Below are positions 32,280 through 49,846 of a stretch of DNA of 64,000 nt, piece by piece. The translations under genes and the position numbers were made by a program. Source of the stretch: the human T2T-CHM13v2.0 reference genome, Homo sapiens; the NCBI RefSeq assembly GCF_009914755.1, contig NC_060933.1; one strand, given 5' to 3'. The notes beneath the pieces were generated by a model. The model did no database searches. It saw only the letters and a program-made list of their open reading frames with translations, and was not told the origin of the DNA. Positions within the stretch are counted from its first letter, which is position 1, and each line of letters begins with the position of its first letter.

Positions 32280-32764
32280 TATTATCTGGGGAGGGTCTTG
32301 ACTACGAGTTGTCCAGGTTCTTGGCGGTTTGAACAAAGAATTGCACAAGATGCACAAAGCAACAAAGGAATGAAGAAATGAAGAAATGAAAGCACAGATT
32401 TATTGAAACAAAAGTACATTCCATAGTGTGGGATCGGGCTCGCGTAAACGGCTCAAGAGCCCTGGTTACAGAATTTTCTGGAGTTTAAATACTCTCTAGA
32501 GGTTTCCCATTGGTTAGCTGCTTACACCCTGTGTAAATGAAGACCAGGCCCTCTACCATTCTGATTGGTCATGGGAGGCGACCAATCAGGTACTTTCCAT
32601 TTTTCGTCTGCGATACAGTGGAATGGGGGGCGTTGCAAAGGGAGTAGCCTCTTCTTTTGTTACTTGGATGTGGAGAGGTGGAGTTTTCCTTTTGATTTAG
32701 TTCTAGGAAGTCAGCACAAATCGGCCTTAGGTTCCTTGCCTCCAGACCCTATTCTCCTGCCTCA
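32280..32764 (-). mobile_element. MER51-type LTR (3' LTR of the provirus)
   Basis: Reverse complement starts TGAGGCAGGAGAATAGGGTCTGGAGGC; CCAAT boxes, TTTAAA box and AATAAA present; direct repeat of 48083-48645. Confidence 0.88.
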
Positions 32765-34800
<2,036 letters not shown>

Positions 34801-35337
34801 GAAGAGAGTTCCTCCTTTGTAGTTAGGGTGATAGGTCATTTCCTTAAGGGCCCAAGATTGGGCTGGGATCAGGATGGCAGTATATTTAGATGATGATGGA
34901 GATAAACAAAACCAACAGTCCTTTGCCAGGGCTGGGCTGGTGGTATTTAAGTCTTTGTGTTAAATTTAAAGTTCTTAATAAATACCCAGAATCCACTAAT
35001 TGCTGGAGGGGTAAAGGGAAGCTCTGTTGTGAAATAAAGCTGATTGCTAGTAAGACATGGTTCCTGTATACACAGGCTGTGGGTGACCATTATGGAACAA
35101 AAAAAAAATTACTTATTTGTTATTTTGTCCTATAGAATGGGAACTTCAGGGGGTGGATACCTATGCTGTCAGGAATGCTTGTTATAAAAATGAATTGAAA
35201 CACTTTGGTTAATTATTACAAAGGAAGTGATTCCATCCATTTTGAATAAAACAAATTGTAAAAATATAAAAAATAGCTACCAATATCCAGCTTACGATAA
35301 GTATGCAACAAAGACACCAAGGAAAGTTGGTAGGCAT

Positions 35338-35600
35338 TTACTTATTTTTCGGCTGTCTTTTAAACAGGTACTTCACTGTTCCCACAGGTTCACAGGTGTA
35401 GTGGCTGATAGGAGCTTCAGGTTCCAGGTCCAGGGCTTCAGTTATTGCAGGCTTGACCCTGGAAAGATGGATCCAACTACCTAATCCTAGTACTTTGACC
35501 ACAGAAGGCTTGTCCAGCACCACTGAAAATGGTCCCTTCCATTTGGGTTGCAATAGTTGAGCAGGTGATCCCTCTTTCCATGTTTTAACAAGTACCTGAT
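35338..35600 (-). pseudogene. ERV integrase C-terminal (GPY/F) domain remnant
   Basis: VLVKTWKEGSPAQLLQPKWKGPFSVVL...WIHLSRVK. Confidence 0.88.
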
Positions 35601-36311
35601 TTCTCATTTTGGAGATCATGGCAGACGGGAGGCAGGACTAGATTGCAGTTCCCACTCGGATGGCCAGAGCAGCCTGTGGAGGATTGTATCGTGAACTTTT
35701 GCTCCAGAATGACTGCAGAAATAAATCAGGAAAGCCGAGAGAACCCATAGACCCTCTGAAGGAAGCGGATTGCTCCAGCAGGACCTGGGAGATACCCAAA
35801 ATACTGTGCTGGTATCCACAGCTGAGAGACCCACAGACAGTTCATATCACAGGACTCTGTGCAGACAACCCCTAGTACCAGCCCAGAACCCGGTAGACTT
35901 GCTGGATGGCTAGATCCAGAAGAGAGACAACAATCACTATAGCTCAGCTCTCAGGAAGCCACAGCTCTAGGAAAATGGGGAGAGTACTACCTACATCAAG
36001 GGACCACCCCATGGGACAAAAGAATCTGAACAACAGCCTTGAGCCCTAGACCTTCCCTCTGACAGAGCCTACCAAAATGAGAAGGAACCAGAAAACCAAC
36101 TCTGACAATATGACAAAACAAGGTTCCTTAACACCCCGAAGAAATCACACTAGCTCACTAGCAATGGGTCCAAACCAAGAAGAAATCCCGGATTTACCTG
36201 AAAAAGAATTCAGAAGATTAGTTATTAAGCTAATCAGAAGGCACCAGAGAAAGGCAAAGCCCAATTTAAGGAAGTCAAAAAATGATACGAGAAATGAGGG
36301 GATAAATTTTC

Positions 36312-38402
36312 TTTTTTTTCATTATACTTTAAGTTCTAGGGTACATGTGCACAACGTGCAGATTTGTTGCATATGTATACCTGTGGCATGTTGGTTTGCT
36401 GCACTCGTTAACTCATCATTTACATTACATATTTCTCCTAATGCTATGCCTCCCCCATACCCCCCACCCCATGACAGGCTCCGGCGTGTGATGTTCCCTG
36501 CCCTGTGTCCAAGTGTTCTCATTGTTCAATTCCCACCTGTGAGTGAGAACATGCGGTGTTTGGTTTTCTGTCCTTGCGATAGTTTGCTCAGAATGATGGT
36601 TTCCAGCTTCATCCATGTCCCTACAAAGGACATGAAATCATCCTTTTTTATGGCTGCATAGTATTCCATGGTGTATATGTGCCACATTTTTCTAATCCAG
36701 TCTATCATTGATGGACATTTGGGTTAGTTCTTAGTCTTTGCTATTGTGAATAGTGCCACAATAAACATATGTGTGCATGTGTCTTTATAGTAGCATGATT
36801 TATAATCCTTTGGGTATATACCCAGTAATGGGATCACTGGGTCAAATGGTATTTCTAGTTCTAGATCCTTGAGGAATTGCCCACTGTCTTCCACAATGGT
36901 TGAACTAGTTTACACTCCCAACAACAGTGTAAAAGCGTTCCTATTGCTCCACATCCTCTCCAGCACCTGCTGTTTCCTGACTTTTTCTTTTTTTTTTTTG
37001 ACGGAGTCTCACTCTGTTGCCCAGGCTGGAGTACAGTGGCATGATCTCGGCTCACTGCCGCCCAGGCCGGAGTGCAGTGGCACGATCTTGGCTCACTGTC
37101 GCCCAGGCTGGAGTGCAGTGGCACGATCTCGGCTCACTGCAGCCTCTGCCTCCTGGGTTCACGCCATTCTCCTGCCTCAGCCTCCTGAGTAGCTGGGACT
37201 ACAGGCACCTGCCACCACGCCCGGCTAATTTTTGGTATTTTTTAGTAGAGACGGGGTTTCACCGTGTTAGCCAGGATGGTCTTGATCTCCTGACCTTGTG
37301 ATCCGCCCGCCTCGGCCTCCCAAAGTGCTGGGATTACAGGCGTGAGCCACTGCGCCCGGCTGTTTCCTGACTTTTTAATGACCGCCATTCTAACTGGTGT
37401 GAGATGGTATCTCATTGTGGTTTTGATTTGCATTTCTCTGATGACCAGTGATGATGAGCGTTTTTTCATGTGCCTGTTGGCTGCATAAAGGTCTTCTTTT
37501 GAAAAGTATCCTTTGCCCACTTTTTGATGGGGTTGTTTGATTTTTTCCTGTAAATTTGTTTAAGTTCTTTGTGCATTCTGGATATTAGCCCTTTGTCTGA
37601 TGGGTAGATTGCAAAAATTTTCTCCCATTCTGTAGGTTGCCTGTTCACTCTGATGGTAGTTTATTTTGCTGTGCAGAAGCTCTTTAGTTTAATTAGATCC
37701 CATCTATTTCGGCTTTTGTTGCCATTGCTTTTGGTGTTTTAGTCATGAAGTCCTTGCCCATGTCTATGTCCTGAATGGTATTGCCTAGGTTTTCTTCTAG
37801 GATTTTTATGGTTTTAAGTCTGACATTTAAGTCTTTAATCCATCTTGAATTAATTTTTGTATAAGGTGTGAGGAAGGGATCCAGTTTCAGCTTTCTATAT
37901 ATGGCTAGCCAGTTTTCCCAGCACCATTTATTAAATAGGGAATCCTTTCCCCATTTCTTGTTTTTATCAGGTTTGTCAAAGATCAGATGGTTGTAGATGT
38001 ATGGTGTTATTTCTGAGGCCTCTGTTCTGTTCCATTGGTCTGTATCTCTGTTTTGGTACCAGTACCATGCTGTTTTGGTTACTGTAGCCTTGTAGTATAG
38101 TTTGAAGTCAGGTAGCGTGACGCTTCCAGCTTTGTTCTTTTTGCTTATGATTGCCTTGGCAATGTGGGCTCTTTTTTTGGTTCCATATGAACTTTAAAGT
38201 AGTTTTTTCCAATTCTGTGGAGAAAGTCATTGGTAGCTTGATGGGGATGGCATTGAATCTATAAATTACCTTGGGCAGTATGGCCATTTTCACAATATTG
38301 ATTCTTCCTATCCACAAGCATGGAATGTTCTTCCATTTATTTGCGTCCTCTTTTATTTCATTGAGCACTGGTTTGTAGTTCTCCTTGAAGAGGTCCTTCA
38401 CT
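36312..38402 (-). mobile_element. 5'-truncated L1PA inserted into L1PB ORF1
   Basis: L1PA 3' end (attatactttaagttctagggtacatgtgcacaacgtgcag); 17-bp TSD tgaggggataaattttc (36295-36311) / tgagggggtaaattttc (38403-38419). Confidence 0.92.
36987..37340 (-). mobile_element. AluY with internal 41-bp triplication, inside the L1PA
   Basis: TSD ctgtttcctgacttttt on both sides; gcccaggc(t/c)ggagt(a/g)cagtggca(c/t)gatct(c/t)ggctcactg at 37019, 37060 and 37101. Confidence 0.92.
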
Positions 38403-38931
38403 TGAGGGGGTAAATTTTCAATGAAATAGAGTGCATAAATAAAAAACAATAAAAACTTCAGGAAACAATGGATGCACTTAGAGAAATGTAAAATGCTCTG
38501 GAAAGTCTCAGCAATAGAATTGAACAAGCAGAAGAAAGAACTTCAGAGCTCGAAGACAAGGTTTTTGAATTAACCCAATCTAACAAAGGCAAAGAAATAA
38601 GAATAAGAAAATATGAACAAAGCCTCCAAGAAGTCTGGGATTATGTTAAACGACCAAACCTAAGAATAATTGGCGTTCCTGAGGAAGAAGAGAAATCTAA
38701 AAATTTGGAAAATGTATTTGGGGAAATAATCAAGGAAAACTTCCCTAGCCTTGCTAGAGACTTAGATGTCCAAATACAGGAAGCTCAGAGAACATCTGGG
38801 AAATTCATTGCAAAAAGATAATCTCCCAGGCACATTGTCATCATATTATCTAAAGTTAAGATGAAGGAGGCTGGGTGCTGTGGCTCACACCTGTAATCCC
38901 AGCACTTTGGGAGGCCAAGGTGGGCGGATCA

Positions 38932-39199
<268 letters not shown>

Positions 39200-40785
39200 T
39201 TAAGAGCTATGAGCCAAAAGCACCAGGTAACCTATAAAGGAAAATCTATGAAATTAACAGCAGATTTCCCAACAGAAACACTACAAGCTAGAAGGGATTG
39301 GGGCTCTATCTTCAGCCTCCTTAAACAAAACAGTTATCAGCCAAGAATTTTGTATCCAGCAAAACTAAGCATCATAAATGATGGAAAGATAGTTTTTTTC
39401 AGACAAACAAATGCTGAGAGAATTCGCTACTACCAAGCAAGCACTACAAGAATTGCTAGAAGGAGCTCTAAATCTTGAAACAAATTTTCAAAATACACCA
39501 AAATGGAACCTCCTTAAAGCATAAATCCAACAGGATTTATATAACAATAACAATTTTAAAAACCCAAGGTATTCAGGAAACAAGTAGTATGATGACTAGA
39601 ATAGTATCTCACATCTCAATATTAATGTTGAATGTAAATGGCCTAAATGCTCCACTTAAAAGATACAGAATGGTGGAATGCATAAGGATTCACCAACCAT
39701 CTGCTCCCTTTAAGAGACTCACCTAACACATAAGACTCATAAACTTAAGGTAAAGGTGTGGAAAAAGACTTTCCATGCAAATGGACACCAAAAGCAAGCA
39801 GGAGTAGCCATTCTTATATCAGACAAAACAAACTTTAAAGCAACAACAGTTAAAAAAGACAAAGAGGGACATTATATAATGATAAAAGGCCTTGTACAAC
39901 AGGAAAATATCACAATCCTAAATATATATGCACCTAACACTGGAGCTCCCACATTTATAAAACAATTACTAGTAGACCTAAGATATGAGATAGACAGGCC
40001 AGGCACAGTGGCTCATGCCTGTAATCCAGCACTTTGGGAGGCCGAGGTGGATGGATCACCTGAGGTCAGGAGCTTGAGACCAGCCTGGCCAACATGGTGA
40101 AACCCTGTCTCTACTAAAAATACAAAATAGCCAGGTGTGGTGGCAGGCTCCTGTAATCTCAGCTATTTGGGAGGCTGAGGCAGGAGAATGGCGTGAACCC
40201 AGAGGTGGAGGTTGCAGTGAGGCAAGATAGTGCCATTGCACTCCAGCCTGGGTGACAGAGCGAGATTCTGTCCTAAAAGAAAAAAAAAGAGAGAGAAATG
40301 AGATACACAGCAACACAATAATAGTGGGGAACTTCAGTACTCCACTGACAGCACTAACAGGTCATCAAGGCAGAAAGTCAACAAAGAAACAGTGAATGTA
40401 AACTATACCCTGGAACAAATGGACTTAACAGGTATTTACAGAACATTCTAGCCAACAACTACAGAATATATATTCATCAGTGTATGGAACTCTCTTCAAG
40501 ATAAACCATATAAATAGGCCACAAAATGAGCCTCAATAAATTTAAGAAAATTGAAATTATATCGGGCACCTTCTGAGACCACAGTGGAATAAAACTGGAA
40601 GTCAACTCCAAGAAGAACCCTCAAAACCATGCAAATACATGGAAATTAAATAACCTGCTCCTGAATGATCATTGGGTCAAAAAATGAAATCAAGACGGAA
40701 ATTTAAAAATTCTTCAAACTGAGGCCGGATGTGGTGGCTCACACCTGTAATCCCAGCACTTTGGGAGGCTGAGGCAGGTGGATCA

Positions 40786-41145
<360 letters not shown>

Positions 41146-44100
41146 TCATAGCCCTAAATACCTACATCGAAAAGTCTGAACGAGCACAAACAGACAATCT
41201 AAGGTCACACCTCAATGAACTAAAGAAACAAGAACAAATCAAACCCAAACCCAGCAGAAGAAAGAGATAACCAAGATCAGAGCAGAACTAAATGAAACTT
41301 AAACAAAAAAACACAAAAGATAAATGAAACAAAAAGCTAGTTCTTTGATAAGGTAAATAAAATTGGTAGCCCATTAGCAAGTTTAACCAAGAAAAAAAGA
41401 GAGAAAATCCAAAGAAGCTCAATTAGAAATGAAATGGGAGATATTACAACTGACACCACAGAAATACAAAAGATTTTTCAAGGCTACTGTGAACACCTTT
41501 ACCCATGTAAACTAGAAAACCTAGAGGAGATGGATAAATTCCTGGAATGATACAACCCTTCTAGCTTAAATCAGGGAGAATTAGATACCCTGAACAGACC
41601 AATAACAAGCAGTGAGATTGAAATGGTAATAAAAAAATTACCAACCAAAAAACTCCAGGACTAGATGGATTCACAGTAGAGTTCTATCAGACATTCAAAG
41701 AGAATTGGTACCAATCCTATCGACACTATTCCATGAGATAGACAAAGAGGGAATCCTCCCTAAATCGTTTTATGAAGCCAGTATCACCCTAATATCAAAC
41801 CTGGAAAGGACATAACCAAAAAAGAAAACTACAAACCAATATCCCTGATGAACATAGATGTAGAAATCCTCAACAAAATACTAGCTAACTGAATACAACA
41901 GTATATCAAGAAGATAATTCACCATGATCACATGGTTTTCATACCAGGGATCAGGGATGGTTTAACATACTCAAGTCAATAAATGTGATACACCACATAA
42001 ACAATTAAAGACAAAAATCACATGATCATCTCAATAGATGTGGAAAGAACCTTCGACAAAATTCAGCATCCTTTATGATTAAAACCCTCAGCAAAATCGG
42101 CATACACAGGACATACCTCAATGTAATAAAAGTCATCTATGACAAACCCACAGTCAACATAATACAGAATGGGGAAAAGTTGAAAGCATTCCCTTTGAGA
42201 ACTGGAAGAAGACAAGGATGCTCACTCTCACCACTCCTCTTCAACATAGTAATGGAAGTCCTAACCAGAGCAATCAGACAAGAGAAAGAAAGAAAGGTTA
42301 TCCAAATTGGGAAAGAGGAAGTCAGACTGTCGCTGTTTGTTTGCTGATGATATGATTGTTTACATAGAAAACCCTAAAAACTCCTCCAGAAAGCTCCTAG
42401 AACTGATAAAAGAATTCAGCAAAGTTTCCAGATACATAATTAATGTACACAAATCAGTAGCTCTTTTATATACTAACAGTGACCAAGCTGAGAATGAAAT
42501 CAAGAACTCAACCCCTTTTACAATAGCTGCAAAACAAACAAAAAACAGAAAGCCAAAAAACTTAGGAATATACCTAACCAAGGAGGTGAAAGACCTCTAC
42601 AAGGAAAACTACAAAACACTGCTGTAAGAAATTATAGGTGACACAAACAAATGGAAACACATCCCATGCTTATGGATGGGTAGAATCAATATTGTGAAAA
42701 TGACCATACTGCCAAAAGCAGTCTACAAATTCAATGCAGTTCCCATCAAAATACCACCCTCATTCCTCTCAAATTTGGAGGCATCACATTACCCAACCTC
42801 AAACTATAGTATAAGGCCATAGTCACCAAAACAGCATGGTACTGGTATAAAAATAGGCACATAGGCCAATGACAGAATAGAGAACCCAGAAATAAACCCA
42901 AATACTTACAGCAAGCAAAAAGATAAAAGTGGAGAAAGGACACACTATTCAACAAATGGTGTTGGGATAATTGGCAAGCCACATGTAGGAGAATGAAACT
43001 GAATTCTCATCTCTTACCTTATAAAAAATCAACTCAAGATGGATCAAGGACTTATCTAAGACCTGAAACTATAAAAATTCTAGAAGATAACATTGGAAAA
43101 ACCCTTGTAGACATTGGCTTAGGCAAGGACTTCATGACCAAGAACCCAAAAGAAAATGCAACAACAACAAAAAAGATAAATAGCTGGGACTTAATTAAAT
43201 CAAAGAACTTTTGCACAGCAAAAGAAACAGTCGGCAGAGTAAACAGACAACCCACAGAGTGGGAGAAAATCTTCACAATCTATACATCTGAGAAAGGACT
43301 AATATCCAGAATCCACAATGAACTCAAACAAATTAGCAAGAAAAAAAATCCCATCAAAAAGTGGGCTAAGGACATGAATAGACGATTCTCAAAAGAAGAT
43401 ATACAAATGGCCAACAAACATGGAAAAATGCTCAACATCACTAATGATTAGGGAAATGCAAATCAAAACTACAATGTGATACCAGCTTACTCCTGCAAGA
43501 ATGGTGGTAATAAAAAAATTTAAAAATAATAGATATTGGCATGGATGCGGTGAACAGGGAACAGTTGTACACTGCTGGTGGGAATGTAAACTAGTACAAC
43601 CAGTATGGGAAACGATGTGGAGATTCCTTAAAGAACTAAAAGTAAAACTACCATTTGATCCAGTAATTTCACTAGTTGGTGTCTACCAAGAGGAAAATAA
43701 GTCATATGAAACAGAGACTTGCTCACGCATGTTTACAGCAGCACAATTTGCAATTGCAAAAATGTGGAACCAACCCAAATGCCCATCAGTCAACCAGTGG
43801 ATAAAGAAACTGTGATATATATATGATGGACTACTACTCAGCCATAAAATGGAATGAATTAGTGGCATTCACAGTGACCTTGATGAGATTGGGACTATTA
43901 TTCTAAGTGAAGTAATTCAGGAATGGAAAACCGAACGTCGTATGTTCTCACTCATAAGTGGGAGCTAAGCTGTGAGGATGCAAAGGCATGAGAATGACAC
44001 AGTGGACTTTGGGGACTCAGGAAGAAAGGGTGGGGTGAGAGATAAAAGACTACAAATTGTGTGCAGCATACACTGCTTGGGTGATAGGTGCACGAAAATC

Positions 44101-44189
44101 TCATAAATCACCACTAAAGAACTTACGCATGTAACCAAACACCATCTGTTCCCCAATAACCTATGGAAATAAATTTTTTTTTAAGTACC

Positions 44190-44762
44190 TTATCTCCTGG
44201 CCTGATTTTGGGTTGCTGGTTAGTTGCCAGTGTGGGGAGTCTTTGAGTTTCAAACTTTTTTTTTTTTTTTTTGAGTTTCAAACTTTTGTAAAGCCTGCTG
44301 AAATGGTCCCAGGTTAACTAGGTATTTCACTAAAGTGGCTGTTTCTGGATCAGTATTTAGATCATTAGTTAAAAATGGCCTCCTATATAACATTTCATAT
44401 GGGCTCATATTAATTTTTGCTCTGGGGAAATTATGGACTCTTACGAGAGCTGTGGACAGCAAGTTGACCCAAGTTTCTGATGTTTCCTGACATAGCTTAG
44501 CTAACACCCATTTTAGAGTTTGATTAGCTCTTTCCACTTTTCTAGAGGATTGAGGCCTCCATGCTGAATGTAAATAGTATTTGATTCTGAGAGCCTTAGC
44601 AACCCCTTGAATTATTTGAGAGATAAAGAACGAGTCATTATCACTTTGGAGGCTTTGAGGTAACCCAAACTCGGGAAATAGTTCTTTGAAGAACCTTCAC
44701 AACTTCATTGGCCTTCTGTGTTTTGGTGTAGGGTAAGCTTCAATCCAGCCAGTAAAGGTATC
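44190..44762 (-). pseudogene. ERV integrase core remnant
   Basis: DTFTGWIEAYP ... ERANQTLKWVLAKLCQETSETWVNLL...SPYEMLYRRPF. Confidence 0.88.
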
Positions 44763-45205
44763 TGTAACCTGCACGGACCTTGGGGGACTGAACAAAGGAT
44801 GACGAATGCGGGAATAAAGATAAAGACAAAGAGTATATTTGGAAGAAGGGGTCAGGGGGCTCCTTGCTTCTAGTGAACAAGGGCCCTGAGCTTTACACAG
44901 CCCTCCGTATTTATTAGGCAAAAGAGATAGCGAGAAGAGGAGGGGGTGGTTGTCAGCAGGCAGTTTGATTCACAGCAGGCTTGCAAGACCGCATTCTTTG
45001 AACAATAGGCTCTAGATGTCCCAGTAGGTAACCGCAATGAGCACGGTGCCAGGGAGTGATTGCCCTCAGCAAACCTCCTGGTTGCAGGCACAGTCATGAG
45101 TTTGCCCACATCCTGCTTTCATGATAAACAAGTTTGCTGTTTGATCATATAACCTCCAGTGGAATACTGAGTTGGTCATGTCTCTCTGGCCTTCAGCTCC
45201 CTACA
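44763..45205 (-). mobile_element. Solo LTR3 (HERV-K HML-6-type) inserted into the integrase
   Basis: TG...CA ends, 443 bp; reverse complement begins tgtagggagctgaaggcc...gaccaactcagtattccactggagg; 6-bp TSD ggtatc (44757-44762) / ggtgtc (45206-45211), the length typical of class II ERVs. Confidence 0.8.
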
Positions 45206-45279
45206 GGTGTCTATTAGTACTAACAAATCTTGTATCCTCTACAGGCTGGCATTGTCCTTATGGCCCTTTGGGTTTCCTT

Positions 45280-46470
45280 TGCGTGCTCTTTGGGCATTCA
45301 GGGCATTGCCAGTGATGGCTGTCATAATTTTTGCTTGCCATTTTTCTTTACTCTGTTCCCCTTTTCCTTCCTTCATGATTGTTATACATCATGAAAGCAA
45401 TATCAAGAAGCTGATTTTGATTAGTTTGTGGGCCCATCTGTAGCTTTTGGAGCTTATATCTAATGTCTGGGGCAGATTGGATTAGTATATTTTTTAAAGG
45501 CTTCCTCCAGTCTGCCATGAAACATGGCTGGATTTTCTTTCTTGCCCAGTGTAACTTCCTTTACCTTATCATAATTTACTGCCTTATTCTCTTTCTCTTC
45601 CTCCAAGGAGAGCCTCAAGAAACTTAGCCTGGTGGTTCATTCCCTCGGGTGTGTTATAGTCCCAATTAGGATCAGTAATGGAGATTATGTCTGGGCCTAA
45701 GTGATTGCCCTGAGAGTTTCAAGGAAATAAGTCATCTGCTTCCTGGCGGGCAGCCTCAAAGATTTGTTTCTTTTCCAAGGGGCTGCAATAGGTTGCTAGA
45801 ATGAATTGAACATCTCCCCTGAGAGATCAAAGGCTAAGGTCAAAGTTTGGGACCCATCTCCAAATTCCTAGGGTTCTCAGAATAGCTTCCTAGCTTTTCT
45901 GTATGTTGTTTTATATCAGTTATAGAAAAGGGGGACTGCACTAGGACTGGCCCCTCAGCTCCTGCTACTTCCCTAAGGGGTAGCAGGGCTGGAGGGGGAG
46001 ATTGTTTCTCTCCAAATATGAGGAGGACTTAGCTGGAACCCCGAATTTTGCTCTTGGGTTTGAGCCTCAGGAGCACTTGGCAAGGAGTTATACAGGGGTG
46101 GTTGCACTTCCCTCTGAGAGACAGGTGGCCTTTGTAAAAGGGGGTCATCTACAATATCTAGTTCTGCCTTAAGACCTTCCTTTTCAGGGCAGGTTCCAGG
46201 ACTTTTGCAGATTGTTGGGTTTTGGTATAGGGCCATGAAGACCTGTACGTATGGGATTTCTGACAATTTACCCTGCCTTTTGCAAAACAGGTCTAATTGC
46301 AGGATGGTGTTGTAATTAAGACTTCCCATGACCACCAATTATTCCTGGCTGTCCAGCTGATATTGGGGCTATACAGTATTATAGTAGAAAATCAGACGTT
46401 TTCTCCTTAGATTGTCAGGGTTCAACTGATTCCAGTGGTTGATGATGCAGCCAAGCAGGGAATCAGAGGG
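45280..46470 (-). pseudogene. ERV gag remnant
   Basis: [37 protein letters not shown], typical of HERV class I gag. Confidence 0.82.
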
Positions 46471-46919
46471 AATGGATGGAGAGTTGCCCACAGTGGTCTG
46501 GAAGAGAGAAGAGGACTTTCAAAAGTGGAGGTCCTACTAGGTGACCCAGATTTTACCTGGGGTGGCCATCTGGAAAAACTCTGGGTCTTGTCTGCGGTTC
46601 CCAAGGGCATCCCCACCTCTGGGGCCCCATCTTAGTTTGTCAGATATGTCTGACCTTAGATGGGTGCCAGCACCACTTTGGAACGGTTCCCTTCACAATC
46701 AGTGGCCCACTATGAGTTTCCTCTTGTCCCTGGCTGAAGGCCCCGACTTCTAGCATCCTTATAATTTGATAAGGCCAAGCTTTTAACTTCAGCCAATATG
46801 TTCATACACAGAATCTCTTTTACAATTAATTTTCATAAGCCTACAACTTGTTCAAACCTTTGGATTTTTCCTATACCACTTAAAACAATCCTTTAACCCT
46901 CTAAACTTAGGCAACATAA

Positions 46920-47322
<403 letters not shown>

Positions 47323-48059
47323 TCATATCCCTCTTTTAAAACAACAGTCATTTTACTTTAGGACAAGAATTTACCATACAAGATGCCTTTTTATATAATA
47401 TAAAATCTCTTTTATGTATAAACTTCTTTGCATAGCTAGGGGGCTAAGTGGGTTTCTTTTGTCCTTAGCCAGTCGAATAGATCAAGTAAGAGAAGGGGTC
47501 AAAATGCCTAGGAGACATTATCTTTTGTCTTTACTAGCTAACTCTACAGGAGAATTTAGCATAAGAAAAGAGGGTTTAAGTTCCCTGAAATGTGTGAATT
47601 CCTCCTTGACAAGCTGCCACTGCCAATTGTGTCACACGTAGGGATCAGGGAGTATAACCAGGAAAGACAGAAAAGAGTCCTTCCCCCTTCCAGGCAGGGC
47701 AGCTATCCCTATCATTCCTCGGCCTTCAGGTAACACTGGAGAGTGGCCCCAGCAAGTTGCCCTCAGTTACTGGGGAGCTACTAGGAAATGACTGCTGAAA
47801 AACTGAGAAAAAAAAAAAAAGGGAAAGGACTCAGGTCCCTCATGTGAACCAGGCAGTGGTGGTCAGGTGCTTCCATATGGATACCTTTCAGTCTCTCCGT
47901 AGAGTGGCCCCAGCCAGAGACCTGCAGTTGCCTCCATGCTTAGGTGCTCTCTGTCAAGTGTCCTGAGTTGGAAAGAGAGACAGAAAATGCTTCCCCTGTA
48001 TGGAGCAGAGAGGAAAAGGGAAAATGAGAAGAAAAATAACTCCCAAACTTTGGGCTTGC

Positions 48060-48077
48060 CTCCTGGCTGGCTTGCCA
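48060..48077 (-). promoter_or_regulatory. Retroviral primer binding site, tRNA-Arg
   Basis: + strand ctcctggctggcttgcca matches the recalled 3' 18 nt of tRNA-Arg(ACG), CTCCTGGCTGGCTCGCCA, at 17/18; it lies 5 nt inside the 5' LTR boundary. Confidence 0.85.
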
Positions 48078-48082
48078 AAATA

Positions 48083-48645
48083 CGTTACCGGGGGGGTCTT
48101 GACTATGAGTCATCCAGGTTCTTGGCATTTTGAACAAAGAATTGGACAAAATGCACAAAACAACAAAAGAATGAAGCAGTGAAAGCACAGACTTATTGAA
48201 ACTATGCTCCACAGAGTGGGAGTGGGCTCAAACAAGTTGCTCAAGAGTGTTAGTTACAGAATTTTCTGGAATTTAACTACTCTCTAGAGGTTTCCCATTG
48301 GTTACTTGGTTACACTCTATGTAAATGAAGACTGGGCCTGCTACCAGTCTGATTGGTTGCAGGAGGCAACCAATCAAAGGCTGAAGTGAAGTTATAAAGT
48401 TAAACCCTATGCTAATGAAGACTTGGCCCACGAGCAGCCTGATTGGTTGTGGGAGGTGACCAATCAGAGGTACTTTCCATTTTTTCATCTGTGACACAGT
48501 GGAAGGGGGGTGGGCCGCAAAGGGAGTAGCTGCTGTTCTTTTGTTACTTGGATGTGGAGTGGTGTTTTCCTTTTGATTCAGTTCTAGGAAGTCAGCACAA
48601 ATCGGCCTTAGGGTCCCTGCCTCCAGACCCTATTCTTCTGCCTCA
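48083..48645 (-). mobile_element. MER51-type LTR (5' LTR of the provirus)
   Basis: Direct repeat of 32280-32764; provirus flanked by a probable 4-bp TSD atgg (32276-32279) / atag (48646-48649). Confidence 0.88.
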
Positions 48646-48649
48646 ATAG

Positions 48650-49740
<1,091 letters not shown>

Positions 49741-49846
49741 CTGTAATCCAAAAAGTTATCAGAGACAAGTCTCAATCAATTCAGAATTTCATTTTGGCAA
49801 GGTTAAGGACATGCCCAGAATAAAAAAAAAACACTTTGGAGAAAGG

